A stretch of 32,536 nt of DNA, taken from the IMG/VR virus record IMGVR_UViG_3300045988_121526. The stretch is one strand, 5' to 3'. The notes under the pieces were generated by a model. It was not told where the DNA came from. It saw only the letters and a program-made list of their open reading frames with translations, and searched no databases. Made by a program: the position numbers and the translations under genes. Origin of the DNA: a virus. Shown piece after piece: positions 32,343 to 32,536 of this stretch (its first letter is position 1; the number at the start of each line of letters is the position of its first letter).

Positions 32343-32430
32343 GGAGCGTTGGCAGAGTGGCTTATTGCGCACGGTTGCTAACCGTGTGGCGCGCCAGCGC
32401 CCGTAGGTTCGAATCCTACACGCTCCGCCA
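32343..32430 (+). tRNA. tRNA-Ser (anticodon GCT), long variable arm, encoded CCA
   Basis: Folded by hand: acceptor ggagcgt/acgctcc; D stem gca/tgc; anticodon stem cacgg/ccgtg with loop ttGCTaa; variable arm ggcgc-gcca-gcgcc; T arm gtagg-ttcgaat-cctac; discriminator g, then cca. Confidence 0.85.
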
Positions 32431-32448
32431 CATCTCAGGGGGTGCGCC

Positions 32449-32536
32449 ATGGCTAAGGACTTCTCGCGCGCCTTCTACTCATCCGCCGACTGGGAACGCG
32501 CCAGAGACGCGGCGCTTACGCGCGACGCTCACCTAT
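32449..32536 (+). CDS. HNH endonuclease, N-terminal part (continues at nt 56 of the window through the 55-bp overlap)
   Basis: ATG 32449 follows aggggg. MAKDFSRAFYSSADWERARDAALTRDAHL... is in frame with 1..285. The joined gene is 318 nt. Confidence 0.85.
   Translation, partial: MAKDFSRAFYSSADWERARDAALTRDAHL

Noticed and set aside
1-32536. A second VR or additional DGR target elsewhere in the genome
   Set aside because: By eye, the tggtggctgcgctccgtcatgg core and the WWLRS signature occur only at VR and TR. This was a manual scan, so a degenerate remote VR cannot be fully excluded.

Overview
The window is a complete, circularly closed genome of about 32.48 kb. Nt 1..55 are identical to 32482..32536, and one HNH gene reads across that junction. 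It is a temperate, high-GC, siphovirus-type phage or prophage. The lysis genes (GH25 with Cpl-7-like and LysM repeats, phiLC3-like holin) suggest a Gram-positive host. The gene order is as follows. (1) HNH, terS (P27-like) and terL. (2) Portal, HK97 prohead protease and major capsid. (3) Four head-tail joining genes, the major tail protein, a two-frame chaperone pair and the tape measure. (4) Dit, Tal, a small ORF and a BppU-like fibre with a heptad stalk. (5) The DGR cassette. (6) A CBM5/12-like protein, a membrane-anchored coiled-coil protein, holin, C39-like peptidase and GH25 endolysin. (7) On the minus strand: large serine recombinase, membrane protein and cI-like repressor. (8) On the plus strand: Cro-like protein, small early genes, a DUF4373-like replisome organiser, an ori-like repeat region, DUF3310, small membrane proteins, a tyrosine recombinase, SSB, dUTPase, a small P-loop protein, a DUF1492-like late regulator and tRNA-Ser(GCU). 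The standout is a complete diversity-generating retroelement (DGR). Its target gene carries a C-terminal variable repeat (VR 16514..16641), followed by avd, a 128-bp template repeat (TR 17213..17340) and a reverse transcriptase. Eight of the 9 TR/VR mismatches are at TR adenines, and six of those fall in AAY codons. Secondary points of interest are listed here.
- Two unrelated recombinases in one small genome.
- A membrane protein translationally coupled to the repressor.
- A well-defined divergent genetic switch.
- An ori-like repeat and palindrome cluster.
- A tail chaperone pair whose frames need a +1/-2 shift rather than the usual -1.
All family names come from motif recognition by eye. 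No database search was possible.
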